Notes: generated from the sequence alone by a model not told the origin. A DNA stretch of 24,710 bases from Candidatus Eiseniibacteriota bacterium (GCA_021414165.1 JAIOPA010000175.1:1-24710), one strand, 5' to 3'. Counted from the stretch's first letter, positions 1 through 9,222 are shown. Made by a program: numbers and translations.

Positions 1-1028
1 TCCTCGGCGTTGATGCGGCATTCGATCGCGTGGCCACGGATCGTGACGTCGTCCTGCGTGAACGACATAGGTTCACCGGCCGCCACGAGGATCTGCTCCT
101 TCACGAGGTCGATGCCCGTGACCTCCTCGGTGACCGGGTGCTCGACCTGGATGCGCGTGTTCATCTCCATGAAGTAGAACGAGCCGTCCTCGTCGTACAG
201 GAACTCCATGGTGCCGGCATTCAGGTAGTTGATCGAGGCGGCGCCGCGTGCGGCCAACTCGCCCATGGTCTTGCGCTGCTCGGGCGTGAGCACCGAGCTG
301 GGGGCTTCCTCGATGAGCTTCTGGTGGTTGCGCTGCACGCTGCACTCGCGCTCGCCCAGATGCACCACGTTGCCCTTGCCATCACCGAACAGCTGGATCT
401 CGATGTGGCTCGGCTTGGTGATGTACTTCTCGAGGTACACCGCGTTGTTGTTGAACGCCGCGCCGGCCTCGGCCTGCGCGATACCGAAGCCCATGCGCAG
501 CTGCTTCTCGTCCCACGCGATGCGCATGCCGCGGCCACCGCCGCCGGCCGACGCCTTCACGATGACCGGGAACCCGATCTCGCGCGCGATCGACACGGCT
601 TCCTCGATGTCCGTGATGATGCCGTCGCTGCCCGGCACCATGGGCAGGCCCGCGGCCTTCATGGTGCGCTTGGCCTCGGCCTTGTCGCCCATGCGACGGA
701 TCATCTCGGGCGTGGGGCCGATGAACGTGAACCCGCACGATCCGCAGACTTCGACGAAGTGCGCGTTCTCGGACAGGAAGCCATAGCCCGGATGGATCGC
801 GTCGGCGCCCGTGACCTCGGCGGCCGCGATCAGGCGGGCGATGTGGTTGTACGACTGCGCCGGGGCCGGCGGTCCGATGCACACCGATTCGTCGGCCAGA
901 CGCACGTGCAGGCTGTCACGGTCGGCTTCGCTGAACACGGCCACGGTGGCGATATCGAGTTCGCGGCAGGCGCGGATGACGCGCAGCGCGATCTCACCGC
1001 GATTGGCGATGAGTACCTTCTTGAACAT
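1..1028 (-). CDS. accC: Acetyl-CoA carboxylase biotin carboxylase subunit (partial; runs off the left edge)
   Basis: Hand translation from ATG 1028: [21 protein letters not shown]...[11 protein letters not shown]...[12 protein letters not shown]...[18 protein letters not shown]...[16 protein letters not shown]. Absent from the ORF track because it is truncated. Confidence 0.97.
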   Translation of the reverse strand, partial: MFKKVLIANRGEIALRVIRACRELDIATVAVFSEADRDSLHVRLADESVCIGPPAPAQSYNHIARLIAAAEVTGADAIHPGYGFLSENAHFVEVCGSCGFTFIGPTPEMIRRMGDKAEAKRTMKAAGLPMVPGSDGIITDIEEAVSIAREIGFPVIVKASAGGGGRGMRIAWDEKQLRMGFGIAQAEAGAAFNNNAVYLEKYITKPSHIEIQLFGDGKGNVVHLGERECSVQRNHQKLIEEAPSSVLTPEQRKTMGELAARGAASINYLNAGTMEFLYDEDGSFYFMEMNTRIQVEHPVTEEVTGIDLVKEQILVAAGEPMSFTQDDVTIRGHAIECRINAE

Positions 1029-1037
1029 GCTTGGCCT

Positions 1038-2243
1038 TTACTCCCGCGACATCCAGTCGGGACGAGAGGAACCGGGGGCACCGCCACCCGGCGAGGGGTT
1101 CGAGCCTGCCGCGGGCGCGCCGGTTTCCGGCTCGCTCTCCGCGGCTTCGATGGGCTGCCACGTGCGATCCGACGTGCCCGCGATGCCCTTCAACTTGAGG
1201 CTCAGTTCGTTCGGGTTGTTGCAGTTCTTGAGCGCGTCCTCTTCGGTGATCAGGCCCTCGCGCAGCAACGCGAGCACGCTCTGATCGAACGTCTGCATGC
1301 CGTACTGCGTCACGCCTTCACTGATGAGCGTGTGCAGGAACGGGATGCGCTCGGGGTCCAGGATGTACTCACGCACGGTGGGCGTGGACACCATGACCTC
1401 GACGGCCGGGATACGGCCGGCGCCGTCCTTGCGTGGGATGAGGCGCTGCGAGATGACGGCGCGCAGGTTGGCGGCGAGCGCCATGCGCACTTCATCGTGC
1501 TGGTGCGGCGGATAGAACGAGATGATGCGCTGGATGCTCTGCACGACGTCGGTGGTGTGCAGCGTGCTCATGACCACGTGACCGGTGTCGGCCGCCATGA
1601 GTGCGGTGGACATGGTCTCGTAGTTGCGGATCTCACCGACCAGGATGATGTCGGGATCCTGGCGCAGCACGTAGCGCAGTCCATCCTGGAACGAGGCGGT
1701 GTCGAGACCGACCTCGCGCTGATGGATGAACGACAGGCGGTCGCGGTGCAGGAACTCGATCGGGTCCTCGACCGTGATCACGTTGCGCGTGGTCGTACGG
1801 TTGATGGTGTCGATCATGGCCGCGAGCGTGGTGGACTTGCCCGAGCCGGTACGCCCGGTGACCAGGATGAGTCCGCGCGGCGAGAACGCCAGGTCGCGGA
1901 TCGTGGGCGGCAGCCCCAGGTCATCGAGCGTGGGCACCTCGACCGGCACGTGGCGCAAGGCCACGGCGGGCGTGCCGCGCTGCATGAAGATGTTGGCGCG
2001 GAAGCGGGCCAGACCGGCCACACCGAACGCGAAGTCGATCTCGTGGTGCGTCGCGAAGTGTGCGCGCTGCTCCTCGTTGAGCATCTGCTGGCACACGTCG
2101 CGCAGTTCCTGCGACGTCGGGGCCGGCTCATCGAGCGTGTACAGCACGCCATCGACACGCACCACCGGCGGGGTACCCGCCTTGAGGTGCAGATCACTGG
2201 CGCGCGCCGCGATCATCTTCTCGAGCACGCTACGGATGTTCAT
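1038..2243 (-). CDS. pilT: PilT/PilU-family type IV pilus retraction-type ATPase
   Basis: ASDLHL N-terminus, Walker A GRTGSGKSTT, Asp box EDPIE, Walker B DIILVGEIR, His box TLHT. The AIRNLIRE motif position reads TVREYILD, so PilT versus PilU is uncertain. SD-like GAGGG upstream. Confidence 0.9.
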   Translation of the reverse strand: MNIRSVLEKMIAARASDLHLKAGTPPVVRVDGVLYTLDEPAPTSQELRDVCQQMLNEEQRAHFATHHEIDFAFGVAGLARFRANIFMQRGTPAVALRHVPVEVPTLDDLGLPPTIRDLAFSPRGLILVTGRTGSGKSTTLAAMIDTINRTTTRNVITVEDPIEFLHRDRLSFIHQREVGLDTASFQDGLRYVLRQDPDIILVGEIRNYETMSTALMAADTGHVVMSTLHTTDVVQSIQRIISFYPPHQHDEVRMALAANLRAVISQRLIPRKDGAGRIPAVEVMVSTPTVREYILDPERIPFLHTLISEGVTQYGMQTFDQSVLALLREGLITEEDALKNCNNPNELSLKLKGIAGTSDRTWQPIEAAESEPETGAPAAGSNPSPGGGAPGSSRPDWMSRE

Positions 2244-2313
2244 GGGTCCCTCGTCCGCCGTCCGCTCGGGCCGGGTGGAGCCCCGGGGGCCGGTGGGACG
2301 TACGACGTCCGTG

Positions 2314-2931
2314 TCAGATCGGCTCGATCAGGAACAGCTTCTGCCCGAACTCCACGGGCTGGGCATTGTCGATCAGCATCTTCACGACACGGCCCTTCAC
2401 CTCGGCCTCGATCTCATTCATGAGCTTCATGGCCTCGATGATGCAGACGGTCTGTCCCACCTCGACGATGTCCCCGACCTCGACGAACGGATCGGCATCG
2501 GGCGCGGGCGAGCGGTAGAACGTGCCCACCATGGGCGACGTGACCGCCTTGAGGTTGCTGTCGGGGTCGGCCGCCGGCGCGGGTGCAGCCGCCGCTGCGG
2601 CAGCCGCCGGAGCCGCGCCACGCGCGGCCGGTGCGGCCGCCGATGCGGGAGCTGCCGCGACCCACGTGCCACCCGAGCCCGCGTTGGCCGAGATACGCAC
2701 CGAGCGTCCGCCCGATTCGATCTCCAACTCACCGATGCCCGTGCGCTGCACGAGCTTGATGAGCTGACGCAGTTCCGCGAGTTCGAAGCCCGCGACGGCC
2801 GAGACCGCCGCGACGTTGTTCGCGGGCTTGGCCGCAGGCTTGGAGGGAGCGGACTTCGACGAAGCGGCTTTCGCCGCAGGGGACTTCGACGACTTGGCGG
2901 CAGTCTTGCCGCGCTTCGGAGCGCTAGCCAC
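2314..2931 (-). CDS. accB: Biotin carboxyl carrier protein of acetyl-CoA carboxylase, with N-terminal Lys/Ala/Ser extension
   Basis: SPMVGTFY and biotinylation motif EAMKLMNEI; Ala/Pro linker. Start is GTG 2931 (AGGTGG 6 nt upstream) or ATG 2937; overlaps the aroQ stop. Confidence 0.95.
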   Translation of the reverse strand: MASAPKRGKTAAKSSKSPAAKAASSKSAPSKPAAKPANNVAAVSAVAGFELAELRQLIKLVQRTGIGELEIESGGRSVRISANAGSGGTWVAAAPASAAAPAARGAAPAAAAAAAAPAPAADPDSNLKAVTSPMVGTFYRSPAPDADPFVEVGDIVEVGQTVCIIEAMKLMNEIEAEVKGRVVKMLIDNAQPVEFGQKLFLIEPI

Positions 2932-3367
2932 GAGCATCCACCTTCTGAAGGAGTCCGCGCAGAGCGAGCGCGTAGCTCTCGACGCCGAAGCCCGCGACCA
3001 GACCGAGCGAGACGCCGGCGGTCAGCGAGACATGGCGAAACGATTCACGTGCGTGCGGATTCGACACATGCACCTCGACCGTCGGGAGACCGGCGCCCGC
3101 GATCGCATCGCGCAACGCGACACTCGTGTGCGTCAGGCCGCCCGGGTTGAAGATCACACCGTGACAGCGGCCGCGGGCCTGGTACAACGCGTCGATGAGA
3201 ACCCCTTCGTGCGCACTCTGGAGGGTCTCGACCTCACAGCCGAGTTCCTGCCCGAGCGTGCTCAACCGGGTGTTCACCTCGTCCAGCGTCACGCGACCGT
3301 AGATCTCTGGCTCGCGTGTGCCGAGCGCCTGGAGGTTGGGGCCGTGCAGGATCAGGATTCGTCGCAT
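2924..3367 (-). CDS. aroQ: Type II 3-dehydroquinate dehydratase
   Basis: [54 protein letters not shown]. Start reassigned from the ORF track (3460) to ATG 3367. Confidence 0.96.
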   Translation of the reverse strand: MRRILILHGPNLQALGTREPEIYGRVTLDEVNTRLSTLGQELGCEVETLQSAHEGVLIDALYQARGRCHGVIFNPGGLTHTSVALRDAIAGAGLPTVEVHVSNPHARESFRHVSLTAGVSLGLVAGFGVESYALALRGLLQKVDARG

Positions 3368-3377
3368 CGGTCCGCCC

Positions 3378-4493
3378 TCAGGCACGCGTCGGGCGCGCAC
3401 CGGAGTGCTCCAGCGCGGCACGCACGAGTCGGGATTCCACAGCGCGCGGCACGCTAGCATCGCCTATCCGGGGCGTCAATACCCAGCGGACCTCACCTGA
3501 TGCGCGCTTCTTATCTTGTTTCATGGCTTCGAGTAACCGCTCCATGGGTAGGTTCGGCATCCGTACCGGCAGCCGCAGGTGGTCCAAGGCAGCCTCGAGC
3601 CGGATCTGGGACTCGGGTTTGAGCCCGGCCGAGCGCACCGACAGCCAGGCGGCGGCCCGCATGCCGATCGCGACCGCTTCACCATGCAACAGTTGCTCGT
3701 AGCCCAGCACCGCCTCGATGGCGTGCCCGAGCGTGTGCCCGAAGTTGAGCGCCGTACGGCCCCCACCCTCACGCTCGCGCTCATCCGCCTGGACCACGCG
3801 CGCCTTCACGGCGATCGCGCGCGACACCGCCCCGGCCAGTGCGGCCGGCTCGCCGTCGGCGAGCGCATCGAGCCGGGCCTCGCACCAGCGCCAGAGCGGC
3901 GCATCGACCGCGAAGCCCTTCTTGAGCACCTCGGCCAGCCCGTTGCGCCGCTGCCGCGCCGAGAGCGTGGCCAGCACCTCGGGGTCCACCAGCACACCGG
4001 CCGGCTGGTGGAACGCGCCCACCAGGTTCTTGCCCGCACTCAGGTCGATCGCGGTCTTGCCGCCCACGCTGGCGTCGACCTGTGCGAGCACCGTGGTCGG
4101 CACACCGATCCAGCGCACGCCGCGCAGCCACGTGGCTGCGGCGAAGCCGGCCAGATCCCCCACCACGCCACCGCCCAGCGCCACGACCACGCCATCACGG
4201 CCCAGCTCGGCGGCCGCGAATGTCTCCCAGAGCCGCTCCAGTACCTGCGCGCGCTTGGCCTGCTCGCCCGCGGGCACGATCGCGGCATCCACCGCGAGCC
4301 CGGCTTTGCGGAGCGAACGCAACGTGGCCTCGCCATGGAAGCGCGCCACGCGCGGATCGGTGATCAACACCACGTGCGACGCGCCGGTGGTGGTCTTGAC
4401 GAACGCACCCAGCTTGGCGAGCCCACCGTTCGCGATATGGATGCGCGACGTGGCAGCGGTACCGGGGAATCGCAGCACGAGGTCTTTACTCAT
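3378..4493 (-). CDS. aroB: 3-dehydroquinate synthase
   Basis: GGGVVGDLAGF, PTTVLAQVDASVGGKTAI, NLVGAFHQP, LNFGHTLGHAIE, HGEAVAIGM. Start ATG 4493 (MSKDLVL). Confidence 0.96.
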   Translation of the reverse strand: MSKDLVLRFPGTAATSRIHIANGGLAKLGAFVKTTTGASHVVLITDPRVARFHGEATLRSLRKAGLAVDAAIVPAGEQAKRAQVLERLWETFAAAELGRDGVVVALGGGVVGDLAGFAAATWLRGVRWIGVPTTVLAQVDASVGGKTAIDLSAGKNLVGAFHQPAGVLVDPEVLATLSARQRRNGLAEVLKKGFAVDAPLWRWCEARLDALADGEPAALAGAVSRAIAVKARVVQADEREREGGGRTALNFGHTLGHAIEAVLGYEQLLHGEAVAIGMRAAAWLSVRSAGLKPESQIRLEAALDHLRLPVRMPNLPMERLLEAMKQDKKRASGEVRWVLTPRIGDASVPRAVESRLVRAALEHSGARPTRA

Positions 4494-4530
4494 GCGCGCA
4501 GCATACACAGGCTGCCCGCAGCGTGCAGGC

Positions 4531-5775
4531 TTAACGCGCGGTGCTGTCGGCGGCTTCGCGCAGCGCGCGGCCCACGCGCGGCGTGCGTGCATCGAGCGCG
4601 GTCGGCGTGCTCGACGGCCCGGCGCTACCCGAGATCGCGGGCGTGGCCTCGACGCGCATCCACGAGGGGATGGCGCTCGGCGCTTCATCGAGCCGCGTGC
4701 GGCCCTCGCGACCGAGTTCGTCGCGCACCCACACCAGCCTCACCTCGCTCGCGGGCCCGGTCACGGCGACCCAGCGCGCGAGCTGCTCGGAGTACTCCAC
4801 CTTCTCGCCGTTGAACGCCACGATGAGATCGCCCTTCTTGAGCCCGAGCCGCGCGGCAGGCCCATTGGGCGCCACGGCCTCGACCAGCGCGCCGATGGGC
4901 ACGCGATCGGATGGCCCGCCCGCACCGTTCACGAACACGCTGCGCGTGGATACCCCGAGCATGCCGTGACGCACGCGGCCGTGCTTCGCCAGACCATCGA
5001 GGAACGGCACGATATCCTCGACCGGGATGGCGAAGCTCATGCCACCCGGGCGCCGCTCGGCGCGCTCGCGCTTGCCGGGGGCCTCGGGCGCACCGAGTTC
5101 ACCCTGCACGAGCCCCAGCAGTTCGCCGCGCGAGTTGAGCGCCGCGCCACCGCTGTTGCCCGGATAGACCTCGTTCGTGAGCTGCAGCAGGCTCGTGCCC
5201 GGCTCGGCGAAGCGCATGGCGACCGTGCCCACCGACTGCGTGGGGGCGCTGCGATACGACGAACCCAGCGCGATGACCCAATCGCCACTCGCACCCGGCT
5301 TGGCGGCCAGCGGCACGCTGGGCAGTTCGAGCCCCTTGGGCTCGAGCAGGGCGATATTGCGCACCGGGTCCATGCCCACGATGCGTGCTTCGACCTGCAG
5401 ATGATTCTCGGTCACCACGAACACGCGCTCGGCGCCCAGCACCACGCTCGCAGTGGTCACCACACCATTCGCCGACACCGCCACGCCCGAGCCCACGCGG
5501 CTGTGCTGGCGAGACGGCCCCACGTTCTTGCCCAGCACCGCACGCTGCGCGATGACCGTGACCATGCACGGACGCGCACGCTTGGCGATGCGATCGACAT
5601 CGGCCTCGAACGCCGACAGCGTGGACTGAGCTCTCGCCACCGCGACGATCGGCGCCACGGGTGCAGCGAGCATCGCGAGCGATGCCAGACATCGCATCGC
5701 GAGCGAAGCCAGACAGAAAATAGCGCGCGCGCCCCTCGTGCGAACGGAGCGCGCAGCGCGGGGGATGCGGTTCAC
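4531..5775 (-). CDS. HtrA/DegP-like S1C protease-fold protein with one PDZ domain; probably catalytically impaired
   Basis: Signal-peptide-like N-terminus (GTG 5775 or ATG 5697), GSGVAV, GDWVIALG, PGNSGG, PDZ loop GMLGV and GPAARLGLKKGDLI. His and Asp triad positions read Ser and Asn. Confidence 0.88.
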   Translation of the reverse strand: MNRIPRAARSVRTRGARAIFCLASLAMRCLASLAMLAAPVAPIVAVARAQSTLSAFEADVDRIAKRARPCMVTVIAQRAVLGKNVGPSRQHSRVGSGVAVSANGVVTTASVVLGAERVFVVTENHLQVEARIVGMDPVRNIALLEPKGLELPSVPLAAKPGASGDWVIALGSSYRSAPTQSVGTVAMRFAEPGTSLLQLTNEVYPGNSGGAALNSRGELLGLVQGELGAPEAPGKRERAERRPGGMSFAIPVEDIVPFLDGLAKHGRVRHGMLGVSTRSVFVNGAGGPSDRVPIGALVEAVAPNGPAARLGLKKGDLIVAFNGEKVEYSEQLARWVAVTGPASEVRLVWVRDELGREGRTRLDEAPSAIPSWMRVEATPAISGSAGPSSTPTALDARTPRVGRALREAADSTAR

Positions 5776-5783
5776 GGACGGGC

Positions 5784-6377
5784 TCAGAACGAGATCACCG
5801 TCTGCTCACCCTGGACGCCCTCGGGCAGGTTCGACACCGCCTGCGCGCGGCCGCGATGCAGCACGACCGGGTCGAGGATGAACTCGACGTCCTCGGAGTG
5901 ATCGAAGATGGCGTTCGTGTCCATGGTGCGCGCGGCCGACGGCGCCGGGCTGCCGGTCGCCGGCTCGGCGCTGGCCACCAGACGCGGCTGCACGACCTTG
6001 GCATCACGGTTCGCGAGCGACGTATCGGCCGCACCGTTCGGGAGCACGCGCGGCAGGATCACCAGCGCGCCCACGATGAGCAGCGCGGCGGCCGCAGCGA
6101 CCGGCACCCACGCCGGACGTGCCGCAGGGACCACGATGCGATCGGGCGCGGGCTCCGCGCGACGAGCCGCAGCGAGCGCACGCTCGGGCAGATCGCTCGC
6201 CGTCTCGACGCGCGCGAGCGAACCCGCGAGCTCCAACGTGCGTGCGAACTGGTCGTACTGCGAGCGGCAGCCGGTGCAACCGGTCAGGTGCGCATCGAGC
6301 CACTCGCGCTCGGCCTGCGTCACCTCATCATCCCAGTACGCGCCGAACATCTGCCGAGCCTGGTCACATCGATTCAT
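5784..6377 (-). CDS. Zinc-binding (ZAS / zf-HC2) membrane anti-sigma factor
   Basis: N-terminal Cys followed by HxxxCxxC (HLTGCTGC); single TM segment WVPVAAAAALLIVGALVIL; immediately downstream of the ECF sigma gene. Confidence 0.88.
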   Translation of the reverse strand: MNRCDQARQMFGAYWDDEVTQAEREWLDAHLTGCTGCRSQYDQFARTLELAGSLARVETASDLPERALAAARRAEPAPDRIVVPAARPAWVPVAAAAALLIVGALVILPRVLPNGAADTSLANRDAKVVQPRLVASAEPATGSPAPSAARTMDTNAIFDHSEDVEFILDPVVLHRGRAQAVSNLPEGVQGEQTVISF

Positions 6378-6386
6378 GGAAGTCCC

Positions 6387-7037
6387 TCATGGTGCTTCCT
6401 GTTGTTGTTGAACGAACGGTTGGAGCTTGCGCTGTAGCATGCTGCGGGCGCGATTGATGCGGGATCTCACCGTGCCGCCCGGCAACCCGAGCACCTCGGC
6501 GATCTCCTCGTACGACAAGCCTTCGATGTCACGCAGCACCAACGCCAGCCGGTACTTCTCGGGCACCGTCGCGATGGCCTTGCCGACGGCTCCCTGCAGC
6601 TGCTCCCGCTCCATCCCCGCCTCTCGCCCCTCGCGCGGATCCGCGAGCTGCGGCAGGCTGTCGGACAGCACCTCGGTGAGGGCATCGAGCGAGAACCAGT
6701 TGCGACGCCGGACCCGCCGGCGGATCTCGTTCTTCGCGAGATTCGCGGCGATCGTGAACACCCAGGTCGAGAACTTCGAGCCGCGCCGATAGTTCCGGCG
6801 ATGCACGAACACGCGCACGAAGACTTCCTGCGCGAGGTCGTCGACGTTCTCCCGGTCGTTCAACACCCGGCTGATGAGGTTACCGACCCGTCCCTGGAAC
6901 CTGCGGACGAGTTCGGTGAAGGCTCTGTCATCATCCTCAGCCACTCGCGCCATGAGGTCCTCATCGGACAAGCTCACGATCGTGGGCGGCAGGGGATCTC
7001 GGTCAGGGGCCAAATGGGACCTCACTTGCGGTGACAT
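6387..7037 (-). CDS. ECF RNA polymerase sigma factor (RpoE/SigE/SigW-like)
   Basis: SDEDLMARV, DDLAQEVFVRVF, SKFSTWVFTIAANLAKNEIRR, LRDIEGLSYEEIAEVLGLPGGTVRSRINRAR. Start ATG 7037 is likely; a shorter start near VSLSDEDL is possible. Confidence 0.93.
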   Translation of the reverse strand: MSPQVRSHLAPDRDPLPPTIVSLSDEDLMARVAEDDDRAFTELVRRFQGRVGNLISRVLNDRENVDDLAQEVFVRVFVHRRNYRRGSKFSTWVFTIAANLAKNEIRRRVRRRNWFSLDALTEVLSDSLPQLADPREGREAGMEREQLQGAVGKAIATVPEKYRLALVLRDIEGLSYEEIAEVLGLPGGTVRSRINRARSMLQRKLQPFVQQQQEAP

Positions 7038-7472
7038 ACCCCGCAGCCGGACATAAGTTCCAGACCTGTGAACCCTGAGGGGCCCGCAGAAGGGCCGCGG
7101 CCGGGTCCGAGAACGGACCAAGTGGCTCGGGTAGAAGCACTTGCCGGATTCCGAAGGGCCGGACCTGGGCCGCCACAGGGGCGGTGACGCAGCCGGCGGA
7201 GCCATGCGAGGTGCGGGTCGAACGATCGACGGTGAGGGGCCCGGTGCCGAGCGTTCGAGCGGGCTGCCCCGGCCCGCGGCCCGGAGGGTACCCGGGGCGC
7301 GCTGGGCTGGATGCAGGATCGAACGCGAGCGACGTCGATGCCGTAATCATCGCTCAGCCACGCGTGCGCTCACAAGACAAACCGTTGTGAGGCGCGTGAA
7401 CGCGCGCGCGCCGTGCACTCACACGCAACTCATCGGGGCATCGCACACAGCACCCGGGTCAGCAACGAGCGT

Positions 7473-9209
7473 TCAGCGCAGCGCGCGCAACTTGTCGTTG
7501 ACGCGTCGCGCGTTCTCGCCATTCACCTCCGCGCCCAGCTTGTACTGCTCGCGCGCCAGTTCGTTCAACTGGAGCGCGTGGTACACGTCGCCCAGATGCT
7601 CGCGCACCACGGGGTCGCCGTTCGTGAGCTGGATCGCGCGCTCGAGCGGCTCACGCGCCTCGGCATGATGCCCCAGCCGGTACAGCACCCAGCCGTAGGA
7701 ATCCAGATACGCGCCGTTGTCGGGATCACGCTTGAGCGCGCGCTCGATGAGCTTGCGTGCCTCGCCCAGGTCGCGGTTGTGATCGGCCAGTACGTAGCCC
7801 AGGAAGTTGAGCGCCGGCCCCCACTCGGGTGCCATCTTGAGCGCCTCGCGTCCGGCCGCCACGGCGCCATCGATGTTGCCGCCACGTTCGCGGCAGCCGC
7901 CCAGGTCGAGCAGCACGCCAGGCTCGTTCGGCAACAGCTTGCGGACCACGAGCCACTCCTGTTCGGCGTCGGCATAGCGGCCGGCATCCTGCAGCGCACG
8001 CGCGAGCAGCCGGCGCGATTCGACGGAATCCGGCATGGCCGCCACCGTGGCGCGCGCACGCGCCACCGCGGAGTCCGGCAGACCGGCAGCGCTCCAGGCA
8101 CGCACCGCGAGCACGAGCCCGGCCGGGTGCCCGGGATGCTGGCGCACCCACTCGTCGGCGATGCGCGCGGCCTCACGGCCACGGCCGTTGCGGGCCATGA
8201 CCACCACGACGCGTGCGGTGTTCTCGGGATCCCCGGGGTTCAGCGCGCGCAGGCGCGCGATCGCGGCGTCGGCGTCGCTGGTGCGCTTCAAGCGCATGGC
8301 GAGATCAGCGATCACTTGCAGACCCTCGGGATCATCGGGCTCGGCGAGCTGCGCGCGACGCGCCTCGTCGTAGGCGTCGCGCACGCGATCGGCGCGCATG
8401 AGCAGCCCCACCAGACGGCGGCGCGTGCCCACGTCGTCGCGATGCACCTCGAGATGATGCTGGTACAGCTCGATGGCCTCGTTGGTCTTGCCCAGGTTCT
8501 CCTTGACCCACCCGAGCAGGAACAGCATGCCGGGCCGCGTGGGATTGAGATCCATGGCGCGCTCGAGCGCCTGCTCGGCCGGAGCGAACTCGCCCCGCCG
8601 CCCCAGCACCGCGGCGATCTGGAACCACGCCTCGCCGTCCTCGGGATCGACGTACGACAACCGCCGCCACGCGCGCTCGGCGACCTCGGGCTTGCGCAGC
8701 GTCTCGGCCACCCGTGCGGTGGTGCGCAGCACCTCGGCCTGTGTGGAATCGATGTCGCAGGCCCGCTCGAGCGGCCCCAGTGCCTCGGCGCTCCGGCCGG
8801 TGCTGAAGTACGCGGCGCCCTGCAGCCACAGCGCGCGCCAGTCGTTCGGATCCTGCGCCAGGGCGCGATCGGCGAACTCCAGGGAACGCGACGGGTCGCC
8901 GAGTTGCGCGCACAGCTGGCTGATCCGCACCAGCAGATCGGCCGAACGCGGATCGAATGCGAGCGCGCGGTAGTACTCGCCCAACGCCTCGGTGAGCTGG
9001 CCGCCTTGCTCGAGGAGCCGCGCCGACAGATAGCGCCGCAACCCTTCCTCGCTCACGAAGCGCCCACGCGTGCTGTCGGCCGCCGGTACCACCGGCACCA
9101 CGACCTTGGGCGCGGGAGCGACAGGCGCCCGCTTCGGCTTCGCCGCGCTCGCGGCACCCGGAGTCCCGAGTGCCACGATGACGGTGAGAACAGCGAGCAG
9201 GCGCCTCAT
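7473..9209 (-). CDS. Exported tetratricopeptide-repeat protein
   Basis: Signal peptide MRRLLAVLTVIVALGTPGAASA; many TPR units (e.g. ALNFLGYVLAD...ALKRDPDNGAYLDSYGWVLYRLG); SD-like AGGGGA upstream of ATG 9209. Confidence 0.88.
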   Translation of the reverse strand: MRRLLAVLTVIVALGTPGAASAAKPKRAPVAPAPKVVVPVVPAADSTRGRFVSEEGLRRYLSARLLEQGGQLTEALGEYYRALAFDPRSADLLVRISQLCAQLGDPSRSLEFADRALAQDPNDWRALWLQGAAYFSTGRSAEALGPLERACDIDSTQAEVLRTTARVAETLRKPEVAERAWRRLSYVDPEDGEAWFQIAAVLGRRGEFAPAEQALERAMDLNPTRPGMLFLLGWVKENLGKTNEAIELYQHHLEVHRDDVGTRRRLVGLLMRADRVRDAYDEARRAQLAEPDDPEGLQVIADLAMRLKRTSDADAAIARLRALNPGDPENTARVVVVMARNGRGREAARIADEWVRQHPGHPAGLVLAVRAWSAAGLPDSAVARARATVAAMPDSVESRRLLARALQDAGRYADAEQEWLVVRKLLPNEPGVLLDLGGCRERGGNIDGAVAAGREALKMAPEWGPALNFLGYVLADHNRDLGEARKLIERALKRDPDNGAYLDSYGWVLYRLGHHAEAREPLERAIQLTNGDPVVREHLGDVYHALQLNELAREQYKLGAEVNGENARRVNDKLRALR

Positions 9210-9222
9210 CACTGGGGATCCC

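Noticed and set aside
30-2423. 797-aa plus-strand ORF, and similar long plus-strand ORFs at 7413-9413, 9070-11013, 12238-14460 and 19301-20431
   Set aside because: Antisense shadows of well-supported minus-strand genes; expected from high-GC codon bias; no recognisable domains or initiation signals.
7031-7061. Autoregulatory sigmaE-type promoter (GGAACTT at 7061-7055)
   Set aside because: The nearest GTC/TC -10-like element is about 19 nt away instead of about 16 and overlaps the likely start codon; not supportable as a promoter call.
7003-7668. Small ORFs in the TPR-sigma gap (7003-7350 minus, 7141-7668 plus, 7184-7390 plus)
   Set aside because: Pro/Arg/Gly/Ala-rich translations typical of non-coding GC-rich DNA; no SD and they overlap real genes.
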